Origin: Octopus sinensis
Taxonomy: Eukaryota
Reading direction: 5' to 3'
Assembly: GCF_006345805.1 (NCBI RefSeq)
Contig: NC_043005.1
Span: 77,004,001 to 77,068,000 of the forward strand
Length of the DNA: 64,000 bases
Under the pieces are notes generated by a model. The model made no database searches. It worked only from the letters and a program-made list of their open reading frames with translations, and was not told where the DNA came from. This document shows, piece by piece, positions 29,976-44,251 of this stretch (positions are counted from its first letter, which is position 1; each line of letters opens with the position of its first letter). Both the position numbers and the translations under genes were made by a program.

Positions 29976-30774
29976 AATAATGATAATAATCATTTCTCCT
30001 AAAGGCAAAAGGCCTGAAATTTTAGAGGAGGGGACTAGTCGATGACACTGACCCCAGTGATCAATTGGTACTCATTTTATTGACCCCGAGAAAGAAAATG
30101 CAAAGTTGACCTCGGTGGAAATGTCACTAAGCTTTTTTTATCTGGCATTGTGATGATTCTACTAACTCGCCATACCTATAATCATTTCGACTAAAGACAC
30201 AAGGCCTAAGATTTGGAGCGAAAGGACTAGTCGATTACTTAAACACCGGTGTTTCAATGGTACTTAATTTATCGATCGTGAAAGTGCGTAAGGCAAAGTC
30301 TACCTCGGCGGAATTTGAACTAAGAACGTATGGACGGGCGAAATACCTCTTTCTTTACTACCCACAAGGGGCTAAACACAGAGAGGACAAACAAGGACAG
30401 ACAAACGGATTAAGTCTATTATATTGACCCCAGTGCGTAACTGATATATAATTTATCGACCCCGAAAGGATGAAAGGCAAAGTCGACCGCGGCGGAATTT
30501 AAACTCAGAACGTAGCGGCAGACGAAATACCTATTTCTTTACTACCCACAAGGGGCTAAACACAGAGAGGACACTCAAGGACAGACAAACGGATTAAGTC
30601 GATTATATCGACCCCAGTGCGTAACTGGTACTTAATATATCGACCCCGAAATGATGAAAGGCAAAGTTGACCTCGGCGGAATTTAAACTCAGAACGTAAC
30701 GGCAGACGAAATACCGCTAAACATTTCGCCCGGTGTGCGAACGATTCTGCCAGCTCGCCGCCTTTCCGTCGCTC

Positions 30775-30807
<33 letters not shown>

Positions 30808-33722
30808 TGATGATGATGATGATAATAATAATAATCCCTTCTATAATAGACGTAAGGCCTGATATTTTCTCGCAGGAGGCTATTCGATTACATTGACCAC
30901 AATATTCGACCCCCAAAGTCGACCTCGGCGGAATTCGAATTCAGGATGCGTAAACAGACGAAATCACGCTAAACACGTCGTCTCGCGTAATAAAATTTGT
31001 GCTAGCCAACCGAATTAATGATAATGTATTAATTCCTTTCTACTCTCGGCACAAAGCCCGAAACTTTTGGAGAGGAAGCCAGTCGATTAGATTGATCCCG
31101 GTACGCAACTGGTACTTAACTTATCGATCCCGAAAGAATGAAAAGCAAAGTCGACCTCGGCGGAATTTGAACTCAGAACGTAAAGACAGACGAAATGCTG
31201 CTAAGCATTTCGCCGGGAATGCTAACGTTTCTGCTATCTCGCCGCCTGAATGATAATCTTTTCTACACTAGGCACAAGGCCCAAAATATTTCGGGAGGGG
31301 TCTAGTCGATTAAATCGACCCCGATATGCAACTGGTACTTAATTATCGACCTCAAAAAGAGGAAAGGTAAAGTCGACCTTGTCGGAATTTGAACCCAGAA
31401 CGTAAAGACAGACGAAATGCCGCGAAGCATTTCACCCGGCTTGCTAACTTTACTGCTTTTATTAATTGCTAAATCTATTGTTACTGTTCTTGTTGTTGCT
31501 CTAGCTGATGTTCTTAAGTCTGGAGATCATGCTCAGCTTCGTATCTAAGGATTTGCACTGAATATCGACTGTTTAAACTCGAGGGAATTTAAATATTTCA
31601 GAAACTTTTATATAATAGTATAGAAGATACGTCCAACCGAATCTTGGTGAGTTTATTTTGAATGTAAGATTCTCCTCTAGAGGAATCTGCATTCTTAATT
31701 AATTTTGAATTTGTACTGGGTGATCTTTTGACAAAAAAAAAAAATTAATCTTATTAATTTAATAATAATGTTCGAGACAGAAACACAAATTAGAGAATAA
31801 AGAAGATAGAACGGAAATGAGGAGGAAGCGAAAGCGTGCGATGAAAGAGACATCGTTGCTCGTTTGGAAAGCGGCAACTAACAAATGAAAGATTATACGA
31901 GAATAAAATACGAAGACAGTAATGAAAATAATTGTTTCAAAATTTAGCACAAGGCCATAATTTTAAGTAGAGGGATATAGTCGATGAAAATTATCCCAGT
32001 TCTTAATTGGTACTTTATTTTATCGACTCCGAAAAGATGGAAGGAAAATTCTAAGGAATTTAAATTGAGGACGTAAAGAACTAGAAACATTCCACTGAGT
32101 ATTTTGTCCGATGTGGTAACGATTCTGATAGCACGCCACCTTGATAATGGTTCCAAATTTTTCCACAAGGGCAGCCATTTTTGGGGTGGCACTTAATTTA
32201 TCGACCCCGAAAGGCAAAGTCGGCCTCGGCAGAATTTGAACCCAGAACGTAAAACCAGACAAAATACTGCTAAGCATTTCGCCCGGCGTGCTAACGATTT
32301 TGAGAGCTCGCCGCTTTAACAATGATAGTGAAAACAGAAATGATAATCCATTCTGCTGTAGGCACAAGGCCTGAAATTTGGGGCGAGAGGGCTAACCGAT
32401 TACATTAACCACAATGCTCGACTGGACTTATACTAGCGACCATGGAATGATGAAAGGCAAATCTGATATCGGCAGAATCTGAACTCAGAACATTTGGCCC
32501 AAAAAAATGCCGCCAAGTATTTCACCCGGCGTCCTAACAGTTCTTCTAATTCACCGCCTCACAAATTGTATTAACAGCAATTAGTTCAAATTTTGGCTCA
32601 AAACTAGCATACTTATGGAAGGGGTTTATCGATTCCATCGCCTCCAGTACTTGATTGGTACTTTATTTTATCGGCTCTCGAAAGGATGAAAGGCAAAGTT
32701 GATCTTGGCTGGATTTGAACTCAGAACGTAAAGTGTCAGAAACATTGCCGTCATGTCATTTCTATTAGGGTCGATAAAATAAGTACCAGTCGAATACTGG
32801 GGCCGATGTTAACGACTTTATCCCTGCCTTGAAATTGTTACCTCTTGGAACCGTTTTTATTATAATTAGAGCTGGGAGAATCATAAGAGCATGGTATACA
32901 GTTCCTTACAGTACTTGTTCCGAATCTTTACGTTCTGTGTTCAAATTTCGCCAAGGTCACTTTTGCCTTCACCCTCGATAAAATGAAATACTAGTAAAGT
33001 CAATTTTGTCGACTAAATTCTTCCCTAGTTATCCCTCATCTACTGCGAAACAATAATCATCATCGTCATCACAGTCACCATCTTCATCACCATGACCATC
33101 TGCAGCACCATCATCATCATTAGTATCAATGCTGTCCTCATCATAATCATTATTATCAGTAATGGTTACATTTCTGTTGCTACTACAAGACAATTCTGAA
33201 GTGTCAGACAGAAGCAAAAAAGAAAAAAAAAAAGAAAGAAATATAAAAAAGAGAGAAAAATTTAGTTTTAAATATTCAGGAAAAAAATAATCGATATATT
33301 CTCGTACTTTAAACTGTGTCAAAATTTAACAGATAAATTCCAATTAAATCTTTAAATAAATTTGTTTGTTTATAATTAATGTAAATATGAAATGTTATCC
33401 GTTTTCAGATGCAATTCGTTTCTGACCTGCAATAACCAAGTTAAACTTCTAGAATGTGACTCACGCACACATACACGCACATACGCAAGCAAGCACTCAC
33501 AAACTGGCACGCACGCACGCAAGCACGCACACACAAACACACACACGCACACATTTTATAACGGACTAGCATATAATCCTGTATCTGTTTAACATCGTCA
33601 TCTTAAGCATAAATTTCTTTAGTAGAAACCAATCGAACATCCCTAGAGAACATTTTTTTAAAACTGCGGTCTTCAATCAGAGTATCTTATAAAAGGACAT
33701 CAGCCACAATATATGTATGTGT

Positions 33723-33929
33723 GGAGGCTTAGTGGTTAGGATGTCAGCATCATGATCGTAAGATTGTGGTTTCGATTCCTGGACCGGCCGACGCGTTGTG
33801 TTCTTGAGCAAAACACTTCATTTCACGTCGCTCCAGTCCACTCAACTGGCAAAAATGAGTAACCCTGCGACGTAGTGGTGTCTCGTCCAGCTGGGGAACA
33901 CATACGCCATTGAAACAGGGAAACCGGGC
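33723..33929 (+). mobile_element. SINE family M
   Basis: Homologous to 27748 including the tail. Confidence 0.85.
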
Positions 33930-34106
33930 GCATTTATTTTTTACGTATGTATGTAGTACGTACATACGTATGTATGTATGTATGTATGTATGTATGTATG
34001 TATGTATGTATGTATGTACGTACATACGTATGTATGTATGTATGTATGTATGCACATATGTATGTATGTATGTATTCATACATTGCGTATGCATACATGT
34101 ATATGA

Positions 34107-34269
34107 CGCAGAGGTGGCTGTGTGGTAAGAAGCTCACTACTTAACCACGTGGTTCTGGGTTCACTCCTACTGCGTGGCACCTTGAAAAAGTGTTTTCTAC
34201 TAGCTGCGAACCGACCAAATCCTTGTGAATGGATTTGGTAGACGGAAACTGAAAGAAGCACGTCGTATG

Positions 34270-34329
<60 letters not shown>

Positions 34330-34525
34330 TGTGTGTATCTGTATGCATGTATATATGTCATGTATGTATGTGTGCATGCCTGTGTGTCTTTGTGTCTGTG
34401 TTTGTCCTCCAACACTGCTTAGAAACCGGTACTGGTGCGTTTACGACCCCGTAACTTAGCGGTTCGGCAAAAAAGACCGATAGAATAAGTATCTGGCTTT
34501 AAAAAAATAAGTCCGGAGATATGTC
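34107..34525 (+). mobile_element. SINE family B
   Basis: GTGGCTGTGTGGTAAG head, internal TA/TG tract, TAACTTAGCGGTTCGGCAAAA 3' part. Confidence 0.8.
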
Positions 34526-34546
34526 TGTGACACACACACACACACT

Positions 34547-34581
<35 letters not shown>

Positions 34582-34877
34582 GTGTAAATGAGGAACATAT
34601 TTCCTTTCAATTAATGACACTTGCATGTTTGAATTAGATATTTTATAATAAAGATTTTATATATTTCCTTATTGTACCTTTATGTCTATTATGACACAAC
34701 AGCTTTCGTTAATGCATTACCGCCCTTAGCGCTTCACGTCTTACACCATCTTATCATGAGAATGAAATGACAAGAATAACGGCATATTATTCCCGCGCTT
34801 TGTTGCAAGCTGCTAAGTACCATAGAAATATAATTGAAGTTGATGCAAATTTCAACACCGGATTTTAAAATTATACT

Positions 34878-35248
34878 CTTTTACTTGTTTCAGTCATGTG
34901 ACTGTGACCATGCTGGAGCACCGCCTTTAGTTGAGCAAATCGACTCCAGGACTTATTGTCTGTAAGCCTAGTACTTATTCTATCGGTCTCTTTTGTCGAA
35001 CCGGTAAGTTACGGGGACGTAAACACACCAGCATCGGTTGGGGAGGGGGACAAACACAGACACACAAATATATACTCACACATACATATATAGAACGGGC
35101 TTCTTTCAGTTTCCGTCACTCACAAGGCTTTGATCGGCCCGAGGCTATAGTAGAAGACACTTGCCCAAAGTGCCACGCAGTGGGACTGAACCCGGAACCG
35201 TGTGGTTGGTAAGCAAGCTACTTACCACACAACCACTCCTACGCCTAT
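34878..35248 (-). mobile_element. SINE family B, near full length
   Basis: Reverse complement of 42113-42505. Confidence 0.85.
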
Positions 35249-35839
35249 AGAAAAAAATGATAAAATGATAAAAGAAATACCGCTTAGCATTTTGTCTGAC
35301 GTGCTAACGAATCTGCCAGTTCTACGAAGCTAAATATTGACCAGCAGTTTCAGAATTCAGATCCTGGCAAGGTTAACTTTATACTCCATCCTTACAGAAT
35401 CCATAAATATAGTTGCAGGCATACGCTAGGATAGATACAAGAAACTATCGTGAAAAGCTTATGCTTTAGAAGACCCCCGTCAGTCGCTCGTATGACTAAA
35501 AATAATAGTTAAACCTCCTCTAAATTACACACAAAGTACTGAAAAGAAGGGTGACAGTTTAGTACAAATTTACCAGGTGGTAGCCAAGTTTGGAATGTAT
35601 TTATTTATATGACTACTGGTTCAAGACTGATCTGGATTTAAACAAACTGATGCCTTCATATAAACATACCTCATAAAAAATTTCAAAAAAAAAAAATCAT
35701 TAAAGTATGCAAAAATATTTTTAAAAATAATTTCCTGTAAAGTTTTTTCATGCATTCTAATAGTTTTGAGCAAGAATTTAATCAAGAATCGGGCGTATTT
35801 AAGGCAGGAAGGAACATAACAGCATAATGATGTCTAAAA

Positions 35840-35841
35840 GA

Positions 35842-35886
<45 letters not shown>

Positions 35887-36554
35887 AAGACAGAGACAGA
35901 GAGAGACAAAGAGACAGAGATAGAGTGTGAGACAGAGACACAGAGAAACAGAGAGACAGAGACAGTGAGACAAAGAGAGAACAGAGAAAGAGAAAGAAGA
36001 ATGAGAGAACGTGAGAAAGAGAGAGAGGAGAATGAGAGAGAGAGAGAACGAGAGAAAGGGAGAGATAAAAAACAAGAGAGAGATAGAGATAGTTATAGTT
36101 AGAGAGAGATATAGTTAGAGAGACATAGAGATAGATAAATAGATAGATATAGAGAGAGAGAACGAGAGAACGAGAGAAAGAGAGAGAGGGAGAGAGAGAG
36201 AAAGAAAGGGAGAATGACGGTCAGGCAGATAGACAGACAGACAGACAGCAAGCAATTAACAAGATGTTTCAATGTCGTGTCTGTTGTGTTGTTGCTGCTA
36301 ATGAATAACGGTGCAACGACGGAAGTGATTATTATGACGATACCGATAACGACGATGATGATGATGACCATGATGATGGTGATGATGATGATGATGATGA
36401 TGACCACGACGACGACGGTGACGTCTATGATGAGGAGGAAGAAAAAATGGTAGTGATGGAGGAGAAGAGGCAGGGGAATGATAAGGCAAATAACGACGAC
36501 GAAATGATTATAACAACAATAACGATAATGATGATAAAATGGTGACGGTGGTGG

Positions 36555-36593
<39 letters not shown>

Positions 36594-36740
36594 GGAGGAG
36601 GAGGAGGAGGAGGAGGAGGAGGAGGACGGCGACGACGACGACGGCGAGAAAGAGAAGGAGGAGGTAGTTTTCGACTACGATGACAGTAACATTTGAGGAT
36701 TACGATCATGCTATTAATGATGATGATGATGATGATGATG
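35840..36740. repeat. GA-rich then (GAT/GAC/GAG)n low-complexity block
   Basis: Direct inspection; source of the poly-His, poly-Ile and poly-Pro ORFs. Confidence 0.9.
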
Positions 36741-37349
36741 TTTAAAAATGCGAAAGGGTTTGAAAAGGGGGTAAGGATGGATGAAACAGGATTGAGAAAG
36801 GGGAACAGAGGCTGAATTAAAGATTAGGGGGGGGGAATGAAACGCGAATAGATCAAGAAGGAACTCAGGACACAGGTTATTAAATAACTAGTTACAAGAT
36901 AAAGAAAGAAAAAAACATTTCCTTGTAAGGCCATTGTTTTTAGCAATGTCATCGAAAATGACACATTCATTTTTGACCTCTGGACCTGGGGTCAAATTTG
37001 GTTTTCAACGAAATGTCACCGTACTACCTGTACTGTTTTATTCTTTTTGTTTTTGGTGTTTTTTTTGAAAACAAATCTGAATGACCCGAGGAAGAAATAA
37101 ACATCAAACATTCCAGCGATTTATTTCCGCAATCTAAAATAAACTGTTGTCACTGGGACACACAGACATATAATCTGTCAGTCAGTTTGATTAGGGCGAC
37201 ACGAGTTCTAGTTGATCCGATTGACGGAATAACCTGCCCGTGGAATTAGCGAGCACGTGGCTGAGCGGCAAACAAACAAACGTACCGTTAAAGTAACTCT
37301 CAGGGATATATAGTAAATTTCACGAGCATGTCGTTCCATTGATATATAT

Positions 37350-37730
37350 GGAGGCGCAATGGCCTAGTGGTTAGGGCAGCGGACTCGCGGTCGTAGGATC
37401 GCGGTTTCGATTCCCAGACCGGGCGTTGTGAGTGTTTATTGAGCGAAAACACCTAAAGCTCCACGAGGCTCCGGCAGGGGATGGTGGTGATCCCTGCTGT
37501 ACTCTTTCACCACAACTTTCTCTCACTCTTACTTCCTGTTTCTGTTGTACCTGTATTTCAAAGGGCCGGCCTTGTCACTCTCTGTGTCACGCTGAATATC
37601 CCCGAGAACTGCGTTAAGGGTACACGTGTCTGTGGAGTGCTCAGCCACTTACACGTTAATTTCACGAGCAGGCTGTTCCGTTGATCGGATCAACCGGAAC
37701 CCTCGTCGTCGTAACCGACGGAGTGCTTCC
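37350..37730 (+). mobile_element. SINE family A head with alternative tail type 2
   Basis: Head matches 9891/28702 to TCTCTCACTC, then CTGTATTTCAAAGGGCCGGCC..TTCACGAGCAGGCTGTTCCGTTGATCGG..GACGGAGTGC. Confidence 0.9.
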
Positions 37731-37823
37731 ATATATGTATTGTGACCTTTAAATGATAATATTTACCTCTCACTTTTTTTGCTGAATTTGCTATCACGGA
37801 TCAGTACATTATATATATATTAT

Positions 37824-38239
37824 CAGAGACGTGTCGCCTGGGTAGGCAAGGTAGGCAGTGCCTATCCTGAATAAAAGAGATCGATAGTATCATTTTCCTT
37901 TTATGGCAAAATATGCACCTGATTCAATAAAAATATGAAGGTTAATCTGATTATTATGCATTAAATGCAAACTATTTTTTTTTGTAGATTAGGTAGGCAT
38001 AATTCGTTCCTGCCATTCAATCTCAATATTTAAGCTACGCATAATACTGCTGTAGTACACGAGAGGTGCGTACATACCTACAAACAACATTTTCTTTACG
38101 TGTTATAAAGGCAGACTTACGTCTGCCTTCAACTTAGTCGCGCGCCAGTGTTTCACTTATTTTTTCTTTTTTTGTGGTGGGGTGTTACTACGTAAACGTC
38201 ACCAACTGCCTACCCTGAGTAATTACTCACGGCATCTGC

Positions 38240-38242
<3 letters not shown>
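37824..38242. mobile_element. Possible hAT-like non-autonomous element
   Basis: CAG...CTG ends with subterminal GGTAGGCA repeats at left and inverse TGCCTACC at right; TSD unresolvable within TA flanks. Confidence 0.45.
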
Positions 38243-38286
<44 letters not shown>

Positions 38287-38363
38287 TATATGATTCTAGT
38301 TTCAGCTCACGAGCTGTGGCCATGCTGGGGCACCGCCATTTATATATATATATACATACATAT

Positions 38364-38455
<92 letters not shown>

Positions 38456-38706
38456 CACACACTTCGGAAATGTAACTACTCGTGGGCAGTTGGTGATTTT
38501 CCTTCTTCTTCGCACTTTTCCCTTTCTCCTTTCCGACGAGGAGCAATGCTTAAAACGTTAAAAACTTTCCCTTTTCACCGAGCGTCAACCTAATATAATT
38601 CTTGTGCATATCCTCACGTTCATTTTTTTAATTTTGTCTTTTTGTCTAGTTTTCTTTTCGTTTTATATTCGCTTTTTGAATTGTTTGTTCATTGAATTGA
38701 CTATAC

Positions 38707-38782
<76 letters not shown>

Positions 38783-38960
38783 TATATAAACATTTAAATA
38801 ATGAGGGAGATAAATTGAATATTAATTTAATTAATATCAATTTGAAACCAGTAGCCTAGCATACAAAAATCTGAAAAATCAGAGAAAATTCTAATACATG
38901 TGAATATTTAAAGGGCTAAAAACCACTAGGTGGTCAGCCATACACACAAATGTCTGTCTG

Positions 38961-39230
38961 AAAGCGCATTGATTAGTGGCTAAGGTATTCGACTCACGAT
39001 CATAAGGTGGTGAGTTCGATTCTCGACAGCGAGTTATATATGTCCTTTGGCAAGATACTTTATTACACGCTGCCCCAGGCCACTCAGCTGACAAAAATGA
39101 GTAGTACCTGTAATTCAACGAATCAACTTTGTCCCATTCTGTGTCACGCCGAATCTCCCTGAGAACTACTGGAAGAGTATGCGTGTCTGTGGCGTGCCTG
39201 TGGTGTTCCTTTGATTGGATCAACTAGAAC
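38961..39230 (+). mobile_element. SINE family M carrying tail type 2
   Basis: TGTCCTTTGGCAAGATACTTTATTACACG core then CTGTGTCACGCCGAATCTCCCTGAGAACTAC, as in the 37350 tail. Confidence 0.7.
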
Positions 39231-39240
39231 AAGTATCGTC

Positions 39241-39278
<38 letters not shown>

Positions 39279-39287
39279 GTGTGTGTA

Positions 39288-39660
39288 TATAATTGACAAA
39301 GGAGACAGAAGATAGATTTGACATTATCCTGAAACTGTCCGTTATGATACTGAGATGTCCTAGGCATGTTGTTCGAACCTGCTGTATCTTGGTTATGACT
39401 GGCTAAAGTTGTCCAAGTGTATATATACCGACGGACAACTGTAGCCGGTCATAACCAAGATACAGCAAGCTCGAACAACATGCCTAGGAATATCAGTATA
39501 TCCAGCGGGACATCCCTTCTTTACGCATGTACCTGATGTGACAGACTGCACAGATTTATGCAACATAGTTAGATGCACAAATTTTCACCCATAACAGACA
39601 GTCGAAACGTACTGAATAAAGGCTAGTGCTAAATCTATCTTCCATCTCCTTCATCAATTA
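39288..39660. mobile_element. Foldback element with outer 30-bp and inner 57-bp inverted repeats
   Basis: Outer TAATTGACAAAGGAGACAGAAGATAGATTT / AAATCTATCTTCCATCTCCTTCATCAATTA; inner arms 39358-39414 and 39433-39489. Confidence 0.8.
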
Positions 39661-41843
39661 CACTGGTTTACAAAAAATTATTTTGCTTTGAGGCAAAGAT
39701 GTGAATATGTGTTTTTTACTAATTTTGATGAGGTGAATTCAATTTTCTGAACAGTTTTGCTCTATCACCTCTAGTTGTTTTTTGCTTTCACAAAACCCAT
39801 TTTAATTATACTGCATATAAATTGAAAATATAATGCTTTTATTTCATCTGTTACAAAGGCATATTACATGAGGAAAAACAACATAGATACAGAACATTGA
39901 TGGAACTAAATTACTTGGATAATACAATATATACAAATCATAATACAGTAGACATTAGAAGTGAGTTTTTGAATAATCTAGTGCACTTTGCCTCCGGGAT
40001 GTCACGCAAGAGCATGCAGCAAAAGTCCCCCATCATGCTGGGATTCCACTTGCCTTGGTAGTTGCTCTCCATCTTAGTAGTATCTTGGTGGAACCTTTCT
40101 CCATGCTCATCTGTCACTACTCCGAGTTAGGACAGAAGAAGTTGAGGTGAGAGTGGAGAAAGTGAATTTTGAGTGAAGTGACATTCGGCATCCCATATCT
40201 TATTAAGACTGTAACAGCTTCTTTATACATTCATGGTAATCTATCACCCGTGTGTTACCATGATAGACCGACTTAAACGCTTCCCATGCTCTCAGATCAT
40301 TTAAGGTAAGAAGCTCCTTAAAATCTTTATCCTTCAGCACTTCTCGGATCTGAAGTCCGACGAAGATGCCCTCCTTGAGCTTAGTAGAACTCAGAGTTGG
40401 GAACAGAGTGCACAAGTGTTGGAAGGCAGCGCCATTTTTGTCTATTGCCTTCACGAAATCCTTCATTAAGCCAAGCTTGATATGAAGAGGAGGGAGAAGC
40501 AACTTGTTCATTTCCACAAGGGGATTTTCTTTGTTAGTGTTCACTAAGTACTAATGTACTCCTAGATCCCCTGTCCTTCTGCTTCTAGTTTTTGGACACA
40601 GAGACAGAGAAAGCAACAGTACTTTGTGAAGCCCGCTTGCATACCCATAAGGAGTCCAATGACCTTGAGGTCTGCGTAGAGACTCCACTGGTACTGGTTA
40701 TACTTGACAGCTTCCAAAAGGAGCTCCATATTGTCATTCGATGGACTGAGTAGGCAATGGGAATGCTGGGGTATTTATTCCCATTGTGCAGGAGCATAAC
40801 CTTCAGACTTCGCTTGGAAGAGTCTATGAAAAGATACCAGTCTGAGGGATTCAGTGGGAAACCAAGAAAGGTGAACAAGCCAGAGACCTTTGTGCAGTAG
40901 CACAACCTGTTTTCCATGTCGAAGTATAAAGCAAAGTCGCGGTTCCGCGTTTTGAAATTAGTGATCCTTACATCTGCCTTGACCAGGGTACAATGCTTAA
41001 GCCGGGATACCATGAGCTCTGATTGCTGCTTAGATAGATACAAATCACGGGCAAGGTCATTCAGGTCTTCCTGCGTGATCCAGTGGGGCTCATTACCACT
41101 TGCTCCTGAATAAGCAGAGACATTGTCTTAAGAAGAGATCAACTTGGCAGAATCTTCCCCTGAAGGCATTTCTTCATCTGATGAAGGAAGAAGATCCTTA
41201 TTTTTTGAGGGTGTAGGGACAGAGAGATCATTTGAGTGTAGAACAGGTTTCATAGCTGAGGAAAGGTTGGGATATTTGATCTTTTTCTGGAAGAGGCATT
41301 GGAACCTCTTATATTTCTTAGACAAAAATAATAATCATCTGCCTGGCTTCGTGGCTCTCTCCAGAGCATCAGGACAGCAAAGTTGAAGGTTGCTTTCTTG
41401 CTGCTAAACCATCAGTTAGTCCAGTGTAGCAGAATTTACAACAGATGTGTGGGGCCCAGGATTTGTCCCGATCCCCAATTTTACGGTCAAAATAATGAAA
41501 TTAAGCAGTTCTCAGGAGGGAAGTAATTGTTCGGCGCTGTGCAACTATCGTGAAATTTCCGCACTCGTAGCAGAATGAATTTGCCTTGTTGACGCATCCT
41601 CGGTGTTTTGAAGTGCATGAAGCCATTGTAGAGATATGTATCACGTGTACCACAAAAATCTGGAAATCAAAATAAAAAAATGATTATATATATGTTTATG
41701 TGAATTGTTGCAAAACCATAATAATGTATATCTCAAAAACTAGAGGTAATGAGAGAAAACTAGTTTTGTATCTGAAATCAGCAAGCACCCCCAGAATTAC
41801 GTTAGAACAACTATGTTTGCCTCAATTTCTCTGTAAACCAGTG
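39661..41843 (-). mobile_element. Chapaev3-type DNA transposon, full length
   Basis: 12-bp TIR CACTGGTTTACA / TGTAAACCAGTG; TTA on both flanks (3-bp TSD); transposase remnants inside. Confidence 0.9.
39960..41626 (-). pseudogene. Chapaev3 transposase pseudogene, about 555 codons
   Basis: MASCTSKHRGCVNKANSFCYECG..GDRDKSWAPHICCKFC..WREP..DDYYFC; YLFIDSSKRSLKVMLLHNGN; LPPLHIKLGLMKDFVKA; KLKEGIFVG; DEHGERFHQD..YQGKWNPSMMGDFC. Multiple stops and frameshifts. Confidence 0.9.
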
Positions 41844-42002
41844 TTATTATGATCTCAAATTACATCACGGAAATTCCTAAAGTGGATCCAGCGGAAATAA
41901 ATCCAACCAGATTGCCGAAACTGTGAACATGCTTTACTCAACACACCAATTGAGATATACTCATTAGCCCCACTCCCCACGAAATACATATATATACATA
42001 CA

Positions 42003-42062
<60 letters not shown>

Positions 42063-42112
42063 GCATACATTTACATGAATGTATGTATAGATATGTATAT
42101 GTATATATTATA

Positions 42113-42505
42113 GGCGCAGGAGTGACTGTGTGGTAAGTAGCTGCTAACCAGCCACATGGTTCCGGGTTCAGTCCCACTGCGTGGCATCTTGGGCAAGTGT
42201 CTTCTACTATAGCCTCGGGCCGACCAAACTTGTGAGTGGATTTGGTAGACGGAAACTGAAAGAAGCCCGTCGTATATATGTATATATATATATATATGCG
42301 AGCGTGTATTTGTGTCTGTGTTTGTCCCCTAGCATTGCTTGACAACCGATGCTGGTGTGCTTATGTCCCCGTTACTTAGCGGTTCGGCAAAAGAGACCGA
42401 TAGAATAAGTACTGGGCTTACAAAAGAATAAGTCCCGGGGTCGAGTTGCTCGACTAAAGGCGGTGCTCCAGCATGGCCGCAGTCAAATGACTGAAACAAG
42501 TATAA
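42113..42505 (+). mobile_element. SINE family B, full length
   Basis: GCAGGAGTGACTGTGTGGTAAG head, GGGTTCAGTCCC B-box-like, TTGGGCAAGTGTCTT core, tail GGCGGTGCTCCAGCATGGCCGCAGTCAAATGACTGAAACAAG. Confidence 0.9.
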
Positions 42506-43168
42506 GAAGAAAATAAAAGAAAAATAAGAGAGAAAATGGGGATACACAGACAGACAGACAGACAGAGAGCAAGTATATGTATATAACGTAGGTAGGATAA
42601 TACAACCAGCAGAAGTAGAACTCAAGATATGCGCATATGTCTATTTTATAATAATATTTAGCAGAAGTAACAGAGTGACTTAAGGGCCGAGAGGTTCGTG
42701 CGTTGGTACTTATTGTATTTATTATTGCATTTATATTTGTGTAACTTTGTCCGTTTTTTCCGCCCTTGATTTTGTATACATTCGCTGCTTTCTTCCAAGG
42801 AATCTAATACGCTTAGCTTAGTTCTTCATTGGGACTGGAACAATCTCAAGAATAATCAGCCGAAATTGGGAGGATAATCTGGTGCTTGACTGAGGATAGT
42901 GGGCTTCGAATGACCCGTCCTTGTTTTCTTTGTATCGTCTATCTGAATGTTTTGTTGTCCCTTTCTGCATAACCTATTTGTTCGGGTGTTTTGCGTTCTT
43001 GTCCCATTTTGTATTATATATATATATATACATATATAGCGGCGTACGTACACTTTGCTCTCTCTCTCCCTCATATATATATATATATATGTGTGTGGTG
43101 TGTGTGTGTGTGTGTGTGTAGGTGTGTGTGTATGTATGTATGTAGTGTATGTATGTATGTATGTATGT

Positions 43169-43235
<67 letters not shown>

Positions 43236-43393
43236 TTCAAGCTTGAGTATACCCATCCTACTTCTGGGAAGGCCATAGTTGAAATGAAGATTCAATATAC
43301 AATTAAACAGAGATTTGTATAATTGCGTATGTGTGCATGCACACACACACATAAATACACACATACACACACATTTACAGAGAGGAAAAGAGT

Positions 43394-43436
<43 letters not shown>

Positions 43437-44169
43437 TGTGCTTAATGCTTCCACCCATCAAAGTACTTCCCAGCAGCCCTACTTTCTCTCCCCCAGGGAA
43501 TGATTAAACCTGTAATAGAAGCACTTTGTTTAACTCTTCCCAGCGAGGTTACAATTGTCTCTTTATTAAAAAGAAGGTAATACAATGCATTTGAAATCAT
43601 CTAAATCACCTGTTGTTTTGTACGCTAAGAGTAATACCCACGCGCGTGCGTAGCCCCCACACGCATAGCACCCATGCACGATTATGTGAGTGTGTGTATA
43701 CAGGTGAGATTATTTTTTACTGTATGTACGAGAAATAAATCACATCAAATATTGTACATGCTAAGTTTTGCGTTTAAAAGGTTTTGTGGTGTGATGATTG
43801 AGAGATTGCGAGATTGGATTCTGGAAAGATGCGAGGAAAAACACAAACAAAACATATATGTAAATGCACGCACGCACACACATATATATGTGAGTATGGT
43901 AGTATGTGGGTAATACACATATATATATGTGTTTGTGTATACATATATGTATTATATATATATATATATATGTATAATTATAGATATATATATAATATAT
44001 ATAATATATATAATATATATATATATGTATACATGTTAATACTATTGCGTATATATTATACACACATAATCATACATTACACCATTATATATGTACGTAT
44101 GCATGTAGGTTTTTCCACATATACATTTGTACATGTGCATACCATATTTCCATTTACATACATGCATAA

Positions 44170-44225
<56 letters not shown>

Positions 44226-44251
44226 ATATATATATATAGATAGATAGATAT

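Larger units (their letters stand above)
28525..32850 (-). mobile_element. Dense cluster of about 10 SINE family C copies in AAT tracts
   Basis: Repeated GGCAAAGTCGACCTCGGCGGAATTTGAACTCAGAACGTA, nearly all minus strand; tandem subunits at 30290-30770. Confidence 0.85.

Noticed and set aside
31602-31646. 45-bp candidate exon KLLYNSIEDTSNRIL (TTTCAG / GTGAGT)
   Set aside because: Good splice motifs but no recognisable homology or linked exon; similar isolated candidates near 20722-20800 (-), 50307-50350 and 58223 are also unsupported.
36298-36709. Poly-His/poly-Pro protein
   Set aside because: (GAT)n/(GAG)n microsatellite; a similar block lies at 47440-47970.
39532-39620. Hammerhead-like CTGATG..GACTG..CAGTC-GAAACGT in the foldback
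   Set aside because: Core has extra bases and stem I does not pair.
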